Shown here piece after piece: positions 61,338 through 64,000 of a stretch of DNA of 64,000 bases. Source of the DNA: Pelomyxa schiedti (taxonomy: Eukaryota > Protista > Evosea); the NCBI GenBank assembly GCA_020536535.1, contig JAHLWZ010000854.1, positions 8,444-72,443 of the forward strand, written 5' to 3'. The first letter of the stretch is position 1, and each line of letters opens with the position of its first letter. The position numbers and the translations under genes were made by a program. The notes under the pieces were generated by a model that worked only from the letters and a program-made list of their open reading frames with translations, ran no database searches and was not told where the DNA came from.

Positions 61338-63948
61338 ATGACGTGCCCCTGTTGCTCCTCTTTCTTGCATGACCCAAGGTTCTTTCCATTCGAAATTTAA
61401 CTCGCACTTACACTTTTTGTTGTCGGCTACGCAGGCTGCTGCCGTGTTTGCACACCTTGTGCCTCGAATGCCTCGCAAGGTGTATCATAAAGTGTCCACC
61501 AGATTCGTCGCCGAGTTCCACCTCCTCGTCNNNNNNNNNNNNNNNNNNNNNNNNNNNNNNNNNNNNNNNNNNNNNNNNNNNNNNNNNNNNNNNNNNNNNN
61601 NNNNNNNNNNNNNNNNNNNNNNNNNNNNNNACACTTTTTGTTGTCGGCTACGCAGGCTGCTGCCGTGTTTGCACACCTTGTGCCTCGAATGCCTCGCAAG
61701 GTGTATCATAAAGTGTCCACCAGATTCGTCGCCGAGTTCCACCTCCTCGTCATCCTCGTCGAATTGCCTCAGGTGCCCAGTGTGCCACTCCCAGGTTTGT
61801 TTGCGTATTCCGTCCATCCTTCACGGCGCCATAAACGGAGTCACGTCAGGCACCGGTTCCGAATGGCGGGTGCAGTGGCTTCCCCGTTGACGTCTGGAAG
61901 AGCAACTTGCTGGGCATCGCGCCTCTCGTCGGGGGCCATGCACAGAGCCCAGGCGCCACCGCGACTACGGCGGCGGCTCCTGCGGCGCAAGAGTGTTCGG
62001 ATTGTGGGGCACACGAGGCTCCGTGGTGGTGCACAACGTGCGGCGTGTTCCTGTGCAATGACGACAAGGCCCACCACTCCCGTGCGAGGAAGACCGCCTC
62101 TCACAATGTAAAGCACAGTCAATGCCGTATTTTGGGGGCAGGGGAGGAGAAAGGGGAAGGGGAAGCCTGAAGAGGACTTGTTAAAACTCACGTGTGCACA
62201 GGTTGTGACATTGGATGAACTTGGAACTCAAACAACGGTTGCACTGAAAGTTCACACTGAGCCACTTTGTTCCAAGCATCCAGAGAAGAAGTTGCAGCTT
62301 TATTGCTGGGGTGACAACACTCTTATATGCAAGCACTGCACGTATGTACCTCTTGTTCCTTGATGACTGAGGGATTTATCCCCATCGGGTTCATACAAAA
62401 AACACCCCACAGGTTGATTGACCACAAGAACCACGACTTTGTGTTTGTTAACGACCTGAGTTCCAAATTCAAGGAGAACATCTCCTCCAGTTGTCATAAT
62501 TTGGCATTGCACACAGAGAAGGTCACACAATCCAGACTCACAGCAATTGTGTGTATAGTGTATTCAAGTCATATTTATTATATAATTAATGATAATAAAC
62601 AAAGGAGCGTTGCAAAACCACGCAAGAATCCACAGAGAAATTCGAGGCCGATATAAGATCCGGATTTGCCAAGATTGTTGCTCTTGTCAATGCCAGAGAA
62701 TCGCAGCTTCTCTCAGAACTCAAAACAGCCACCGAATCTACAAAAAAGGCAAGTCAACTTACTCGCGATCCCACACCGACTCAAACTGAAAGATGTTCCA
62801 AGAACACATTGAAGAATGTGACCAGAAGTTGAAAGTTGCACAAGAAGTACAGGAATATGCACATAAGGCTACAACACAGTTCTCTGATATCGAGCTGGCA
62901 TCCGTGAATCAAGTCCTCACAGCTCAGATAGGAAAAATTAGCTCCTCTTGTAACTCCACGGCAACTCCATGTGAACAAAACGTATGCCACCCAAATCATG
63001 TCCTTCTCTTTAACACACCCAAAGGTGAGATTGGATTTTGATTCAGCACCAATATGTGTATCGGCCTCTTCACTGGGCCGAATTGTTCCCAGTTCAACAT
63101 CGAGTTCCAGTACCATTACAAAAACACTGACCGTAACAGGAAAGCGTACGCTGACAAGGACCACACTGAGGCAGTTTGACCCGTCTCGGCCCGTAATCCC
63201 CTCTATCAGACCTCGGCCGGGACAGATTGTGTTTGTTGACCAAGCAACCGGCAAAGTTTACTGGGACAACGACTTTGGAAGTTGCGAAATCTCAGAGTTT
63301 TCCAACATGAGAAATTTCATCAACAACGACAGCCCAAGGCTGATACACCTCACACTGCTATACCCAGAAATGGAAGACAGTATAAGTGGCACTTACCAGG
63401 CAGTCTACAAAGGCCACCTGTACTACAACCCATGGCTCAGACCCACAATGGCAAAGATTCGGCTATCGGATGGGACAACGGTGGCCTCCGCACCACTCCC
63501 AAATGCCGGCCATGCCAACGAATCATCATGGGACTTCAGTGGAGGAACTGACATTTGCTGGTATGTTGATGCAGGGGGTGTGTTGTTCGTGGTCCACGCA
63601 CCACCCAACAACGGCAACATACACATCACGAGGGTGGACCCCGACTCCCTCGCAATCTTGCGGACGTGGGTGGTGCCCCGTGTCAAGAAGACCACTGGCT
63701 TTGCATTTGTGGTCAAGGGCGTGTTCTACTTTGGCAAGTCATACAACAGCAGGGTGATCGACGGGGTGTTTGACACCACCACTGGCGTTTATGATGACAC
63801 TTACAGAAACTCACTCCCTAGTTCCGGCAAGTACGTGAAACTGACGTCGTGGCTTCCATCAACAAACCAGCTCCTCGTCATCGACCTCCCTCCAGAGGAA
63901 AACAACCAGGAGTGGCGTTTCTTCATCTTTGACAATGTGTCTGTGTGA
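61338..63948 (+). CDS. TRIM-like RING-Bbox-Bbox-coiled-coil-olfactomedin protein, copy 3 (spans assembly gap; start uncertain)
   Basis: MTCPCCSSFLHDPR..LLPCLHTLCLEC..CPVC, two B-boxes, coiled coil, and an OLF last exon ending at 63948. Confidence 0.85.
61531..61630. other. Scaffold gap (100 N) flanked by an unmerged 121-bp overlap
   Basis: 61410-61530 is identical to 61631-61751. Confidence 0.95.
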
Positions 63949-64000
63949 AAGGCTTTGGGTCTCTGGGAGGTGCTACACACGTGCTGATTGTTTCATGTTT

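Noticed and set aside
61410-61751. 121-bp direct duplication of the RING exon
   Set aside because: The identical copies directly flank a 100-N gap, so this is an unmerged contig overlap and not biology.
8718-63948. Diversity-generating retroelement as the source of OLF variability
   Set aside because: There is no reverse transcriptase or template repeat in the window, and substitutions are not adenine-specific.

Overview
Gene-dense eukaryotic (protist) genomic DNA, not prokaryotic. It holds about 28 protein-coding genes, most split by many short (mostly ~40-110 nt) spliceosomal introns, with short intergenic gaps and one 100-N scaffold gap. Gene content and the intronless lineage-specific families suggest an amoebozoan, plausibly a Pelomyxa-like archamoeba (inference only). 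Housekeeping genes: RRN3, cyclin C, Rab5, SPX-Pho87/91-type transporter, C45 Ntn hydrolase, RhoGEF, MFS transporter, acid-sphingomyelinase-like phosphoesterase, SAM-RapGAP, DHHC palmitoyltransferase, a large vinculin-family protein and an EDR2_C/DUF1336 protein. Four observations stand out. (1) Three dispersed copies of a RING-B-box-B-box-coiled-coil (TRIM-like) gene end in an olfactomedin beta-propeller with variable loops in a near-invariant framework, a candidate intracellular recognition/E3 ligase family. (2) An F-box protein, once spliced, carries a Cullin-3-like N-terminal repeat. (3) An ~0.6 kb intergenic region folds into many hairpins, four with alternating GGGAG/GGGCG pentaloops, a candidate structured ncRNA. 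(4) An intronless paralog family shares a near-identical 183-bp N-terminal block followed by diverged bodies. Family assignments come from motif recognition by eye, with no database search. Exon boundaries were inferred by hand and some gene ends are approximate.
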